The notes under the pieces are model-generated. The model had not been told where the DNA came from. It did not search any database and saw nothing but the letters and a program-made list of their open reading frames with translations. From Candidatus Cloacimonadales bacterium (GTDB taxonomy: Bacteria > Cloacimonadota > Cloacimonadia > Cloacimonadales > JAFGVF01), in the NCBI GenBank assembly GCA_963677495.2, contig CAXXOU010000004.1, positions 992,001 through 1,056,000 on the forward strand: DNA of 64,000 nt. Reading direction: 5' to 3'. Below, piece by piece: positions 9,411 through 21,775 of this stretch. The position numbers and the translations under genes are program-made. Every line of letters begins with the position of its first letter. Positions within the stretch are counted from its first letter, which is position 1.

Positions 9411-9897
9411 TTATATAAACTAGGTAGTAGCATTTGTATGAAAACCTGAAAAGGAGTTAGTATAACAGAAAAGCCAAACATTGCAATCAATGTGTCCTAA
9501 TTAACAAGTCACTTACATAATGTATACATAATTAACTGAATATCAGAGTAATAGAACTAAAATCAAGCATAATTAGAAGATTATCGAAAACCATGTATAT
9601 TGAAGTTATATAGGGAGTTATGGATTTATAGTGATTGGCTAAGTGAATATAAGTTAGAAGGCTAGAAGCCAGTTATCATGGGCATCTATAGAAAAAAAGA
9701 TGCAAAAAATGATAGTGCTAACGAATAAAACTAGCTGAAATTTCCAGCAAAAAGAGGTAAGAGTGTGTTTGGTAGGGGTAAAAATAAAAAATGCGTAAAA
9801 TCGCCGTTTTTTATTGACAGCAATATCTAACTCTATAATTTGTAGCTATAATTTAACATTGAAAATTTATAAACAATAACCTATATTTTGAAAGTGA

Positions 9898-11802
<1,905 letters not shown>

Positions 11803-11812
11803 GGGGAGTGAT

Positions 11813-14299
11813 ATGTCAGATAATCCAAGAATAGTACCAATACAGATTGAAGAACAGCTTAAGAAAGCTTACATGGAATATTCCATGAGTGTTATCGTAT
11901 CAAGAGCATTACCGGATGTAAGAGATGGTTTGAAACCCTCTCAAAGAAGAATCATCTATGCTATGCATGAACTTAACCTTAAACCGGGTGGACATTATCG
12001 TAAATGTGCAAAGATTGCCGGTGACACATCAGGTAACTACCATCCACATGGTGAGCAAGTTGTATATCCAACCCTCGTTAGATTGGCTCAGCCATGGAAC
12101 ATGAGATACCCACTTATTAATGGACAGGGTAACTTCGGTTCTATTGATGGTGACCCACCTGCTGCTATGCGTTATACTGAGGCAAGACTTCAGAAGATAA
12201 CAATGGATCTTCTTCAAGACCTTGAAAAAGATACAGTGGACTTCCGTTCTAACTATGATGAAACCAGAAAAGAGCCTGAAATATTCCCAACAAGAATACC
12301 AAACCTTCTAGTTAATGGGTCAACCGGTATAGCTGTTGGTATGGCTACTAATATGGCACCACATAATATCTCAGAGATATGTGATGCTGTTGTTGCGCTT
12401 ATTGATAATCCAGAGCTTCAGCCACTTGACTTACTTGAGTATGTTCAAGGTCCTGATTTCCCAACCGGTGGATACATTGTAGGTAAAACACCTATCCACG
12501 AGTATTTTGAAACAGGAAGAGGAAAGCTTAAAGTACGCGGTAAGGCTGATATTGAAGAGAAGAAAAATGGTGATGAATTCATCGTTATCTCTGAGATTCC
12601 TTACATGGTGAACAAGACCAATCTGATTGAGAAAATTGCAGAGCTTGTAAAGATTAAGAAAATCGAAGGGATCAGTGATATTAGAGATGAATCAGGTCGT
12701 CAGGGTATGAGACTTGTTATTAAAGTTAAGCGTAATGCAGATGCATCAATTGTACTGAACAAACTCTATAAATATACACAATTACAAAATACTTTCAGTG
12801 TGATTAACCTCTGTCTTGTAGACGGTGTACCTCAGATTCTTGATATGAAATCAATGATCAATGAGTTCATACGTTTTAGACATGGTGTAATTATTAGAAG
12901 AGCTCAATATGAACTGAGAAATGCTGAAGACAGATTACATCTCTTAGAAGGTTTCAGAATTGCTCTTGATAATATTGATGAAGTTATTGCAACTATTAGA
13001 GCTTCAAAAACTACTCCTGAAGCAAATGAAAACCTAAGAGCTAAGTTTGGTTTCAGTGAACGTCAGGCAAAGGCAATTCTTGAGATGCGTTTACAACGTC
13101 TTACAGGAATGGAGAGAGATAAGATTGAAGCTGAATATAATGAGATTCTTGAAAAGATAGCAGGCTTAAAAGAACTTCTCGCAAGCAGAGAACTTCAGAT
13201 GAATCTTATCAAAGAAGAGACCATGCAGGTAAAAGAGAAATACAATGATCAGAGAGTAACTCAAATTGTTGTAGATACCGGTGACCTTTCAATAGAAGAC
13301 CTTATTCCGGAAGAGGATGTAGTTGTTACTATCTCTCATAAAGGATATATCAAACGTCAGAGTGTTGATTCATATAGAAGCCAGGGAAGAGGGGGAAGAG
13401 GACTTAAAGGTTCGAAGCTCAAAGATGAAGACTTTATTGTAAGTATCTTCATGGCTTCTACTCATGACTACATTCTATTCTTCACTAACTTTGGCCAATG
13501 CTATTGGCTGAAAGTGTATGAGATTCCGGATGGAAGTAGACAGTCTCGTGGAAAAGCGATTATTAATCTGTTACCATTAAGAGAAGGTGAGAAGATTGAA
13601 GCGTTTGTTTCAGCTAAGAATCTTAATCAAGAAGATAAGTACATTATTATGTCTACTAAGAACGGTCTTGTTAAGAAGACTGCTCTTAACAAATTCTCAA
13701 ATCCACGTTCAACAGGTATTATTGCAATCAAGCTTATTGAAGGCGATGAGCTCATTGAAGCACTTATTACTAATGGTAATGATGACATTATTTTAGCCAC
13801 AAGTCATGGTTATTGTAATAGATTCAATGAAGAGCAGGTAAGAGCTGTTGGCAGAAATTCTCAAGGTGTTAAAGGAATATCACTAAGAAATGATGATGAA
13901 GTTGTTTCAATGGTTGTAACTGACCCTGAGACTACAGATTCCTTGCTTTCAATAAGTGAAAATGGTTTTGGTAAACGTACTGATTTAAGCTCTTATATCA
14001 CAAAGAATAGAGGAACTAAAGGCGTTATTACTCTAAAGACTTCTACTAGAAACGGGAAGCTTGTATCCTTGATGAAAGTGAATGATGATGATGACTTAAT
14101 GATTGTTACTAAAAACGGAATGATTATTAGACAACATGTTTGTGAAATTAACACGATTGGAAGAAATACACAAGGTGTTACTCTAATAAATCTTAAGAAT
14201 AAAGATAAAGTATTTGACATAACTGTCATTCCTACAAATAATAATGAAGTAGACGTAATTGAGACGAAAGATGGAGATAGCGGGAAAGAAAAGGAGTAA
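11813..14299 (+). CDS. gyrA: DNA gyrase subunit A
   Basis: DGLKP, YHPHG, AAMRYTE, GyrA box QGRGGRG, C-terminal pinwheel repeats. Confidence 0.98.
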   Translation: MSDNPRIVPIQIEEQLKKAYMEYSMSVIVSRALPDVRDGLKPSQRRIIYAMHELNLKPGGHYRKCAKIAGDTSGNYHPHGEQVVYPTLVRLAQPWNMRYPLINGQGNFGSIDGDPPAAMRYTEARLQKITMDLLQDLEKDTVDFRSNYDETRKEPEIFPTRIPNLLVNGSTGIAVGMATNMAPHNISEICDAVVALIDNPELQPLDLLEYVQGPDFPTGGYIVGKTPIHEYFETGRGKLKVRGKADIEEKKNGDEFIVISEIPYMVNKTNLIEKIAELVKIKKIEGISDIRDESGRQGMRLVIKVKRNADASIVLNKLYKYTQLQNTFSVINLCLVDGVPQILDMKSMINEFIRFRHGVIIRRAQYELRNAEDRLHLLEGFRIALDNIDEVIATIRASKTTPEANENLRAKFGFSERQAKAILEMRLQRLTGMERDKIEAEYNEILEKIAGLKELLASRELQMNLIKEETMQVKEKYNDQRVTQIVVDTGDLSIEDLIPEEDVVVTISHKGYIKRQSVDSYRSQGRGGRGLKGSKLKDEDFIVSIFMASTHDYILFFTNFGQCYWLKVYEIPDGSRQSRGKAIINLLPLREGEKIEAFVSAKNLNQEDKYIIMSTKNGLVKKTALNKFSNPRSTGIIAIKLIEGDELIEALITNGNDDIILATSHGYCNRFNEEQVRAVGRNSQGVKGISLRNDDEVVSMVVTDPETTDSLLSISENGFGKRTDLSSYITKNRGTKGVITLKTSTRNGKLVSLMKVNDDDDLMIVTKNGMIIRQHVCEINTIGRNTQGVTLINLKNKDKVFDITVIPTNNNEVDVIETKDGDSGKEKE

Positions 14300-14302
14300 G
14301 AG

Positions 14303-15187
14303 TTGTTAGTACAGAAATACTTTGATTCCAGACAAAAACTATTAGAGGAAAGGTTAGCTAAATACCTTGATGGTCAGAAGCAAGCTCATCCTAAGTTGAA
14401 GAAAGCTGTAAAGAGCATTCTTTTCTCAGAAGGATTACGCTGGTATCCTTTAATGGTGTTTGCTGTACATGAAATGCTTAAGGGTAAAAAGAATATAAGT
14501 TCACTTAATCCTGTAATTCCATGTGCATGTGCCCTTGAAATGGTTCATAAGGCTATGATAGTTCATAGTGCATTACCTAGCTTGAATGATGTTGATACTT
14601 TCAATAATATTAATAGCATTCATGTTGATACAGATGCAGCAACAGCCATACTTGCCGGAGATGCACTCATAACAATGGCATATGAGATTCTTACTGAAAT
14701 ATCAGACAAGGGCAAAGCCTTGAAATGCATTAGAACCATATCCAGAACATTATCATCACATGGATATATTGGTGGTGAAGCTGTTGATCAGATCTCAATC
14801 CCGAAGAATATCCGTATTAATGTATTGAAATATATATATATGAAAAAAATGGGATCTCTTCTTCAAGCTGGAACAGAAATGGCATGTATAATTAATGATA
14901 CAGAAGAAAATCTCATGATTACTCTTGGTAACTTTGCTATGAACGTAGGATTAGCTTACTATATAGTAAACGACATTCTTGATGATATCGGTAGTAGTGA
15001 TGATGAAGAGCCTGAGATTAAGATTAAAAGAAAGAACAAAACAACATATCCATCATTACTTGGACTTGAAAAAGCTAAGAAAATGGCAGAGAAGTTGATT
15101 AATGATTCAGAAAGAATGATTAAAAATATGCCACATAATGAGATATTGTTAGAGTTTGTTACTTTAATAAAGGACAGATTACCTTAA
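14303..15187 (+). CDS. Polyprenyl synthetase (IspA-fold) homologue with degenerate catalytic motifs
   Basis: ALEMVH, AILAGDAL, KTTYPSLLG retained; Asp-rich motifs altered; TTG start. Confidence 0.85.
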   Translation: MLVQKYFDSRQKLLEERLAKYLDGQKQAHPKLKKAVKSILFSEGLRWYPLMVFAVHEMLKGKKNISSLNPVIPCACALEMVHKAMIVHSALPSLNDVDTFNNINSIHVDTDAATAILAGDALITMAYEILTEISDKGKALKCIRTISRTLSSHGYIGGEAVDQISIPKNIRINVLKYIYMKKMGSLLQAGTEMACIINDTEENLMITLGNFAMNVGLAYYIVNDILDDIGSSDDEEPEIKIKRKNKTTYPSLLGLEKAKKMAEKLINDSERMIKNMPHNEILLEFVTLIKDRLP

Positions 15188-15960
15188 TGATTGATATACA
15201 TAGTCATATTCTTCCTAATCTAGACGATGGGGAGAATGATGTTAATAAACTCTTAGAAATAATTAAGCAGATGTCGCAAAACGGTGTTAAAACCGTTTTT
15301 GCGACACCGCATTATCTTGAAGGGATGTATAATAATAGTTCCATAGACATAAAGAATGCACTTATGAACTTAAAGAAGTTAATCAGTGAAAACAGTATAA
15401 GTCTTGAAGTCAAACAGGGTTGTGAAGTTTATTTAACTCCAACTTCTCATGAGGATATAATCAGAGAAAACTATTGTTATGAAGGAACTAATTATTGCTT
15501 AGTTGAGTGCAATGTTAATTCGCTTGAATCAGATGTTTATAGAAGTATCTATCATATTCTAAGGAAGGGATTTCGACCAATATTAGCACATCCAGAGCGT
15601 TATCGATTCATAATGAACAGCACTCGTGCAGCAAGAGAACTCATTGAAAAAGATATATTACTTCAAGTGAATAGTGGTAGTATTCTTGGAATATATGGTA
15701 AGTCAGTAAAGAATACTGCGTGGAAGCTTTTAAATTCAGGAAAAGTTCATTTTATAGCATCAGATACACATGCTAAAGAGATTGAGTATAATCTGAAAAT
15801 AGCTTACGATAAAGTTGTTGAGCATATTGATGAAACAACTGCAGAGCTTTTGTTTAAAATCTTTCCTCAGAAAATGATGAATAATGAATCAATACCTAAA
15901 AGATATGTGGATGTAAAGACACCTCGAAAACATAAACGTGGATTCTTTGGGTGGTTTTAA
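15187..15960 (+). CDS. PHP-family tyrosine-protein phosphatase (CpsB/CapC)
   Basis: DIHSHILP..DDG, TPH, AHPERY, ASDTH. Confidence 0.92.
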   Translation: MIDIHSHILPNLDDGENDVNKLLEIIKQMSQNGVKTVFATPHYLEGMYNNSSIDIKNALMNLKKLISENSISLEVKQGCEVYLTPTSHEDIIRENYCYEGTNYCLVECNVNSLESDVYRSIYHILRKGFRPILAHPERYRFIMNSTRAARELIEKDILLQVNSGSILGIYGKSVKNTAWKLLNSGKVHFIASDTHAKEIEYNLKIAYDKVVEHIDETTAELLFKIFPQKMMNNESIPKRYVDVKTPRKHKRGFFGWF

Positions 15961-15963
15961 TTA

Positions 15964-16926
15964 ATGAGAATACTTCTTACCGGAGCTACCGGCTTTGTTG
16001 GTAAACATGTAGCAAAGAGACTTATAAATCAAAAATACTCCGTCACGGCATTAGTACGTCCCGGTACCGATAAAAAAAGGTTAGGACATCTTCAAACGTT
16101 CAGTATAGCATATTGTAATTTAACTGATATAAATCAACTGAAGAAGCATTTGAGTGATAACGAGTATGATGTAATGTTGCATATTGGTGCTTTAAGAGGT
16201 GGCAGAAAGTACAATAACAAGACATTCTTTAAAGCTAATGTGCTTGCAACAGAGATCCTCGCTGAACATGCCCTAAAATCAAAGTGTAAATTCATTTTCT
16301 GCTCCTCTGTAGGAGTCTTTGGAGCTATCCCTTTAGAACTACCTGCTAATAACTTATCCGATAGACAAGAGGATACTTACTATCATAGGACTAAGATAGA
16401 AGCTGAGAAAATAATACAAAACTTAACTTTGAAAGGGTTGGAGTCTGTTATAATCAGACCTGCTATTACCTATGGTGCAGGAGACTATGGATTCCCATAT
16501 ACACTGACTAGACTTATTGATAAGAAACTACTCCTGTTGCCAAAGCAGGACACAAAAATACATTTGACTGATATTGATTTGCTTACAGATGCATTTATTA
16601 ATGCAATCGAAATTAAGTTAAAACCTGGTGCTGAATTCATTGTGGCTGATCATGATCCTGTATCATTACATGAACTATCTGAGTTTATTTCACAGAAACT
16701 ATCTCAAAAGAAGTATCCCCAAAGCAGATTTGTTACTACAACTTTATTTAGACTAGGGGAAAGAATCGCTACAAATATGAAAAACGATCTTTGGCAATCT
16801 AGATTTCAGTTGTTAGCTTATGACTGGTATTATGATGTAAAAGAAAGTACCTCTTCTCTAAAACTTCCTATTATCAAAACTATCCCAAGTTTTAATAAAG
16901 TTATATACTGGTATCAAAATAAATAA
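15964..16926 (+). CDS. NAD-dependent epimerase/dehydratase (extended SDR)
   Basis: TGATGFVG and YxxxK (YHRTK). Confidence 0.9.
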   Translation: MRILLTGATGFVGKHVAKRLINQKYSVTALVRPGTDKKRLGHLQTFSIAYCNLTDINQLKKHLSDNEYDVMLHIGALRGGRKYNNKTFFKANVLATEILAEHALKSKCKFIFCSSVGVFGAIPLELPANNLSDRQEDTYYHRTKIEAEKIIQNLTLKGLESVIIRPAITYGAGDYGFPYTLTRLIDKKLLLLPKQDTKIHLTDIDLLTDAFINAIEIKLKPGAEFIVADHDPVSLHELSEFISQKLSQKKYPQSRFVTTTLFRLGERIATNMKNDLWQSRFQLLAYDWYYDVKESTSSLKLPIIKTIPSFNKVIYWYQNK

Positions 16927-17768
16927 TGGCTATTCCTATTTTACATTTTTGGGAGATCTACTTTAATAATCCAGATGAAGGATTAGGATCATCATACGAA
17001 CGAATTGTCCTAAACAACAAGTTGTTAAAAGTTGTTGATGAGAATGAAATAAACAGTTTGCTAGAAGTCCCTTCGTTTGGATTTACAGGTCTAAGTGGAA
17101 TAAACTCTGTTGCAGTTGCAAAGACTGGAGTAGATGTTAGAATCATTGATAACGATTCAAGGCGATGTGCTTTGATTGAGAACATCTGGGAAAGACTTGG
17201 AGAATCAGCTAAAATCGAATATAACCCTGATTTCAATCTTGCTTCATATGAAGATGATAGTATTGATATGAGCTGGAACTTCTCAGCCATGTGGTTTCTA
17301 GAGGACATTGAGTCGTTTATCTACAATCTTACTAGAGTGACAAAGAAAGTTGTTATGATATGTGTTCCTAATGTAACAGGATTAGGATACTTAAGCCAGA
17401 AAGCATCTGGTAAAGAGGATTTGGCTAAACTATTAAACGAGCATTTCATCAATAGAGAGCTAATTGTATCGTTAATGCTCAAGAATAATTGGCAACTTAT
17501 TGATCATGATTATATTGATTGTCCTCCTTGGCCAGACATTGGAATGTCAAAAGAGAAATTCCTAAAGAAGCTAGGACTAGGTATGCTTGTGAAAGAGAAG
17601 CAAGAGGTTAAAGAACCAACAACAATACTAGATTATTATAATGGGGTTAACCCTAAATTTGCTGAAGAGATGATGCAATTTTATTGGCTTGAAAAATACG
17701 CCCCAAGAGTTTTTAAACGATTTTGGGCTCATCACTATTATTTGATATTTAAACCGGGAAATGAATAA
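16926..17768 (+). CDS. Hypothetical protein, possible SAM-dependent methyltransferase fold
   Basis: Gly-rich LLEVPSFGFTG segment and DDSIDMSWNFS resemble class I MTase motifs; coupled to neighbours. Confidence 0.55.
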   Translation: MAIPILHFWEIYFNNPDEGLGSSYERIVLNNKLLKVVDENEINSLLEVPSFGFTGLSGINSVAVAKTGVDVRIIDNDSRRCALIENIWERLGESAKIEYNPDFNLASYEDDSIDMSWNFSAMWFLEDIESFIYNLTRVTKKVVMICVPNVTGLGYLSQKASGKEDLAKLLNEHFINRELIVSLMLKNNWQLIDHDYIDCPPWPDIGMSKEKFLKKLGLGMLVKEKQEVKEPTTILDYYNGVNPKFAEEMMQFYWLEKYAPRVFKRFWAHHYYLIFKPGNE

Positions 17769-18762
17769 GTCTGTTACTTCTGCCTTAATTGGTTTAGTCT
17801 TAGGAATACTTTTAATATCTGTTTGGATTCAATTCATTGATATTGGAATTGTTACTTCACATATCATGGAAATCAATTGGAAATACGTGCTATTTTCAGG
17901 ATTGGCATATATTTCGGCATATTTTATAAGATCTTTACGCTGGAATCTGTTGATTTCTATTGAGAAGCCTATATCGATAATAAGGACATATTGTTATTCC
18001 TTATCAGGTAATTTGATTAACTATCTAATACCTATTAGAGCAGGAGAGGTTGCTAAACCTTTTTTCCTTTTGAAGAATGATGGTATTAAGGTAAGTAGAT
18101 CATTACCAACAGTTATTGTGGATAAATTCTTTGATTCAATTGGAATTTTCCTAGTACTAATCCTTATACCAATATTGAATATAAGCATCTCAAAAGCCAT
18201 GTTAACTCTGATTATACTACTGATCTCAGTCTTTATTATAGGTTTATTAGTTCTACTAATTGCAAGTATTAAGCCTCAGATTATGGGACGTTTGATTGAG
18301 CTGGCTTTCTTTTGGGCTCCACAGAAGTTAAGAACAAAGATTTTGGATGGTATTCATAGTTTTCTAGATGGTTTCGCTATTTTAACAAAGAGAACAAAGC
18401 TTATTTTTCCATTAGCCTTACTAACGTTCGTAGGTGTTTTTCTTGACGCATTGTATTTTTATCTTGTCTTTTTTGCTTTTGGAGCAAATATTAGTTTTAT
18501 CATTATTTTGTTTGGGTATACATTAATAAACTTATCATATGCTTTACCACAAACACCTGCCCAGATTGGTACAAATGAATGGATGATGGCAGTTATCTTT
18601 AGTGCCGGGTTTGGGGTAGATAAGAACCTTTCAGCAGCAATTATGGCTTTTGCTCATTTGTTTACAGCTATAATACTGATTGTTAGTGGTGCGATTGCAC
18701 TTTCTTATACAAGAAATAGCATTTTCGAAATTTTTAAAAAGAGGAGCAGTGTTAATGAGTAA
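17761..18762 (+). CDS. Lysylphosphatidylglycerol-synthase TM / flippase-like membrane protein (UPF0104)
   Basis: RSLRW, N.LIP.RAGE, P.TPAQIG motifs; multiple TM helices. Confidence 0.88.
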   Translation: MNKSVTSALIGLVLGILLISVWIQFIDIGIVTSHIMEINWKYVLFSGLAYISAYFIRSLRWNLLISIEKPISIIRTYCYSLSGNLINYLIPIRAGEVAKPFFLLKNDGIKVSRSLPTVIVDKFFDSIGIFLVLILIPILNISISKAMLTLIILLISVFIIGLLVLLIASIKPQIMGRLIELAFFWAPQKLRTKILDGIHSFLDGFAILTKRTKLIFPLALLTFVGVFLDALYFYLVFFAFGANISFIIILFGYTLINLSYALPQTPAQIGTNEWMMAVIFSAGFGVDKNLSAAIMAFAHLFTAIILIVSGAIALSYTRNSIFEIFKKRSSVNE

Positions 18763-19729
18763 CTTAGATTCGTTAAAAGAATTAACTTCCGCAGTAGATA
18801 GTATAAAAAAAGAGTTAAAAAAGGTAATCATTGGACAGGATAAAGTTATAACTGAGATACTTATAGCTCTGTTTGCAGATGGACATATTCTCTTAGAAGG
18901 AGTTCCAGGTCTTGCAAAAACTTTGATGATTTCAAGTTTGGCGAAAGTTCTTAATCTCAAGTTCAGTAGAATTCAGTTCACACCTGACTTAATGCCATCT
19001 GATATTACAGGTACAGATATTTTGGCAACTGATAACTCCGGTAAAAGAGCATTTAACTATATTAAAGGTCCTGTGTTTTCAAATATTATTTTAGCAGATG
19101 AGATAAACAGAACGCCACCTAAAACTCAGGCAGCCATGCTTCAGGCTATGCAAGAGAAGCAAGTATCAGCAGGTAATGAAACTTTTGATTTAGAACCTCC
19201 ATTTCTTGTTTTGGCTACACAAAATCCTATAGAACAAGAAGGTACGTATCCTCTACCTGAAGCTCAATTGGATAGATTTATGTTTAAGATTAGTATCAGT
19301 TATCCAACCCATGAAGAGGAGATTGAGATTGTTAAGTCTACAACGTTTGGACAGAGTAAACAGATTGAGTCTATACTTAGTGCTGAACAGATTATCGAGA
19401 TTCAGAAAAGTATACGACAAATACCTGTGAGTGAACATGTACTAGAATATGCTGTTAAACTTGTTCGTTCAACAAGACCAACTGAAGATACCATACCGGA
19501 ATCAGTAAAGAAATGGATTTCATGGGGTGCTGGTCCAAGAGCATCACAATACTTAGTACTTGCAGCTAAAACAAAAGCCGCAATTGAGGGTCGCCTAACT
19601 CCTTCTGAAGATGATGTTAAAGAAGTTGCTCTTATAGTTTTACGTCATAGAATATTAATCTCTTTTGCTGCTCAAGCAGAAGGGTTAACACCAGAAACTG
19701 TAATTGGTAAACTTATCAATGAGGTTTGA
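18755..19729 (+). CDS. MoxR-family AAA+ ATPase
   Basis: GVPGLAKT, RIQFTPDLMPSD, DEINR, ATQNP..GTYPLPEAQLDRF; ATG 18755 follows GAGGAG. Confidence 0.95.
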   Translation: MSNLDSLKELTSAVDSIKKELKKVIIGQDKVITEILIALFADGHILLEGVPGLAKTLMISSLAKVLNLKFSRIQFTPDLMPSDITGTDILATDNSGKRAFNYIKGPVFSNIILADEINRTPPKTQAAMLQAMQEKQVSAGNETFDLEPPFLVLATQNPIEQEGTYPLPEAQLDRFMFKISISYPTHEEEIEIVKSTTFGQSKQIESILSAEQIIEIQKSIRQIPVSEHVLEYAVKLVRSTRPTEDTIPESVKKWISWGAGPRASQYLVLAAKTKAAIEGRLTPSEDDVKEVALIVLRHRILISFAAQAEGLTPETVIGKLINEV

Positions 19730-19731
19730 TC

Positions 19732-20649
19732 ATGAAAAAGCTCATCATTATAGCAATTGCCCTTATATCTGCAGTTCTATTAAACTCATTTGATGTAAGA
19801 TATTTTAGTCACATATCTACGCTATATCTTGAAGATGCCGAGATGCTGGAGATTGGTGATGATAGATTAATTGTGAAAAGTAATGATGAACTTTATCACT
19901 ATGATACATTCTCTCCGGTTTTCCCATACCTCAAAGAGGTTTTTACTATTACAGGTTCAATTGACGATTTTACAATTGTCGATAATAAAGTGCTGTACGC
20001 TTCTGAGGATCTAAAAACAGAGATAACTAAAAAAGACACTATTTCAACAACAATGACTAAGCTTTCTTTCAAAGAATATTTTGGTTCATCTATTGAACAA
20101 GAAGGTGCTAATGTATTTATCGGACATTCAGATACAGGTTTAATCATAGAAGACATTCAAAGAGGATTAATTAGTCAGTATCATGATACTCATGGGATAA
20201 TATCACTAGCAGTGAATTGGCCATCTGTATTCGCGATCAACTCAATTGGACTAGAAGTAGTTAATGTTGAAGACATCTATAATCCTGAAGATTTAGGTAG
20301 AAACAGTGCTATCTTTCATCCTGAAGTGGTTGCGGTTTCTGGTAACAAATGTATAGTAGGAACTAAAAATCAGATTTTGTTTGTTGATGTAAAAGATCCT
20401 GGTGAACCTACAATTGTTAAGACAATTCGGACTGCTCATAGGGTAGAGGATATTGAAATTAAAGATGATGATGCATACATTGCACTTGGTAAAGGTGGTT
20501 TGTATGTTTATAATATATCTAACATAAAGAAGCCTAAAATGCTTGATGATTACAATACCAGAGGATATTGTAAAGACATTGAAATATCGGCTGATTACAT
20601 CTATGTTGCCGATGGTAATGCAGGTGTAATCATCCTTAAATTTGATTAA
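19732..20649 (+). CDS. Secreted LVIVD-repeat beta-propeller protein
   Basis: Signal peptide; repeats such as YIALGKGGLYVYNISN and YVADGNAGVIIL. Confidence 0.8.
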   Translation: MKKLIIIAIALISAVLLNSFDVRYFSHISTLYLEDAEMLEIGDDRLIVKSNDELYHYDTFSPVFPYLKEVFTITGSIDDFTIVDNKVLYASEDLKTEITKKDTISTTMTKLSFKEYFGSSIEQEGANVFIGHSDTGLIIEDIQRGLISQYHDTHGIISLAVNWPSVFAINSIGLEVVNVEDIYNPEDLGRNSAIFHPEVVAVSGNKCIVGTKNQILFVDVKDPGEPTIVKTIRTAHRVEDIEIKDDDAYIALGKGGLYVYNISNIKKPKMLDDYNTRGYCKDIEISADYIYVADGNAGVIILKFD

Positions 20650-20658
20650 GGGGTTATA

Positions 20659-21324
20659 ATGAAAAAACTATTACTATTTATCATTCCACTATTGTTGTTG
20701 ATTGGTTGTGATACCAGAACACCTGATTATGCGGACCTTCAGTTTAGTATTGATCAGGAGATTGCTTATAATAGAGTTAATTATAATGAGTTTACTCTTT
20801 CTGTAAAACTTCAAGGTGATGATAGTCAAGTTGAATATAAGTATATCTACTTTGTTTATGATCACACTGCAGCTGCTTTCTTTGGTGGTGCTACCAATTC
20901 TGAAGTTCAGACAGATGAATATGGTAATGCAAATGTTACTATGTATATTACCGATCCAAACTATAGAGGTGATTTCGTCATAGAAGCTACGTATGAAGAC
21001 CAATCCATAACAAAATCTATATTGGTTCAAGACGTACCTGATATCACTTCATTAGTGGCAAATCCTACTAATATTCCTGCTGATGGCTATTCTCAATCTA
21101 GCATAACAATTCAATTAGCAAGCCTTTCAGATAATTTGGAAAATCAAAGGATACATTTTACAACTACAACCGGTTCAATCGTACCAAACGAGATTCTAAC
21201 TGATGAGTTTGGTATGGGTGAAGTTCGTTTTATTGCACCGGAAACTTATACTATAGCTACAATTAGAGCTGAATTGGATATCTGTGATGATGAGACTCGA
21301 GGAGTTCAAGTAATTTGCGAGTAG
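20659..21324 (+). CDS. Lipoprotein with invasin/Big_1 Ig-like domains
   Basis: LLIGC lipobox; TDEYG.A and IPADG..S.ITI..TDEFG patterns. Confidence 0.75.
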   Translation: MKKLLLFIIPLLLLIGCDTRTPDYADLQFSIDQEIAYNRVNYNEFTLSVKLQGDDSQVEYKYIYFVYDHTAAAFFGGATNSEVQTDEYGNANVTMYITDPNYRGDFVIEATYEDQSITKSILVQDVPDITSLVANPTNIPADGYSQSSITIQLASLSDNLENQRIHFTTTTGSIVPNEILTDEFGMGEVRFIAPETYTIATIRAELDICDDETRGVQVICE

Positions 21325-21327
21325 TCA

Positions 21328-21774
21328 ATGAGTAAAGTTAAACTTGGTAATAGTATAGCTTCAATACATCCGATTGAGAGGGGGAAGAAACTCAAACGTC
21401 CTTTGATTGGTAGTTTTATCCAAGCTGGTTTTCCTTCTCCCGCAACTGACTATATTGAGAAGTCACTTGATTTGAATGAATACTTGATTGAGCATCCCGC
21501 TGCAACATATTTTATCAGAGTTGATGGTTATTCAATGATAAATGCAGGAATCAATCCGGATGATATTCTTATTGTTGATCGAGCTATAGAAGCATCAAAC
21601 AACAAGATTGTTATTGCTGTTTATGATGGAGAACTAACAGTGAAACGATTAGCTGTAAGAAAGGGAATCTACTATCTCGTTCCTGAGAATCCTCAGTTTG
21701 ATGAGATAAAGATAACCGGAGAGGTTGAGTTTTCGATTTGGGGTGTTGTAACCTTCATTATTCATAAGGCCTGA
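21328..21774 (+). CDS. umuD: DNA polymerase V autoproteolytic subunit
   Basis: AGFPSPA cleavage site, SM catalytic Ser, TVK catalytic Lys. Confidence 0.93.
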   Translation: MSKVKLGNSIASIHPIERGKKLKRPLIGSFIQAGFPSPATDYIEKSLDLNEYLIEHPAATYFIRVDGYSMINAGINPDDILIVDRAIEASNNKIVIAVYDGELTVKRLAVRKGIYYLVPENPQFDEIKITGEVEFSIWGVVTFIIHKA

Positions 21775-21775
21775 C

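Noticed and set aside
9511..9533. ACTTACATAA-TGTATA as a dif site
   Set aside because: Left arm and spacer fit but the right arm lacks TTAT.
9814..9844. Non-canonical TTGACA-N17-20-TTTGTA promoter motif (also before tRNA-Asn and hnd)
   Set aside because: Spacing is inconsistent (19, 17, 20) and three cases in AT-rich DNA are too few without TSS data.
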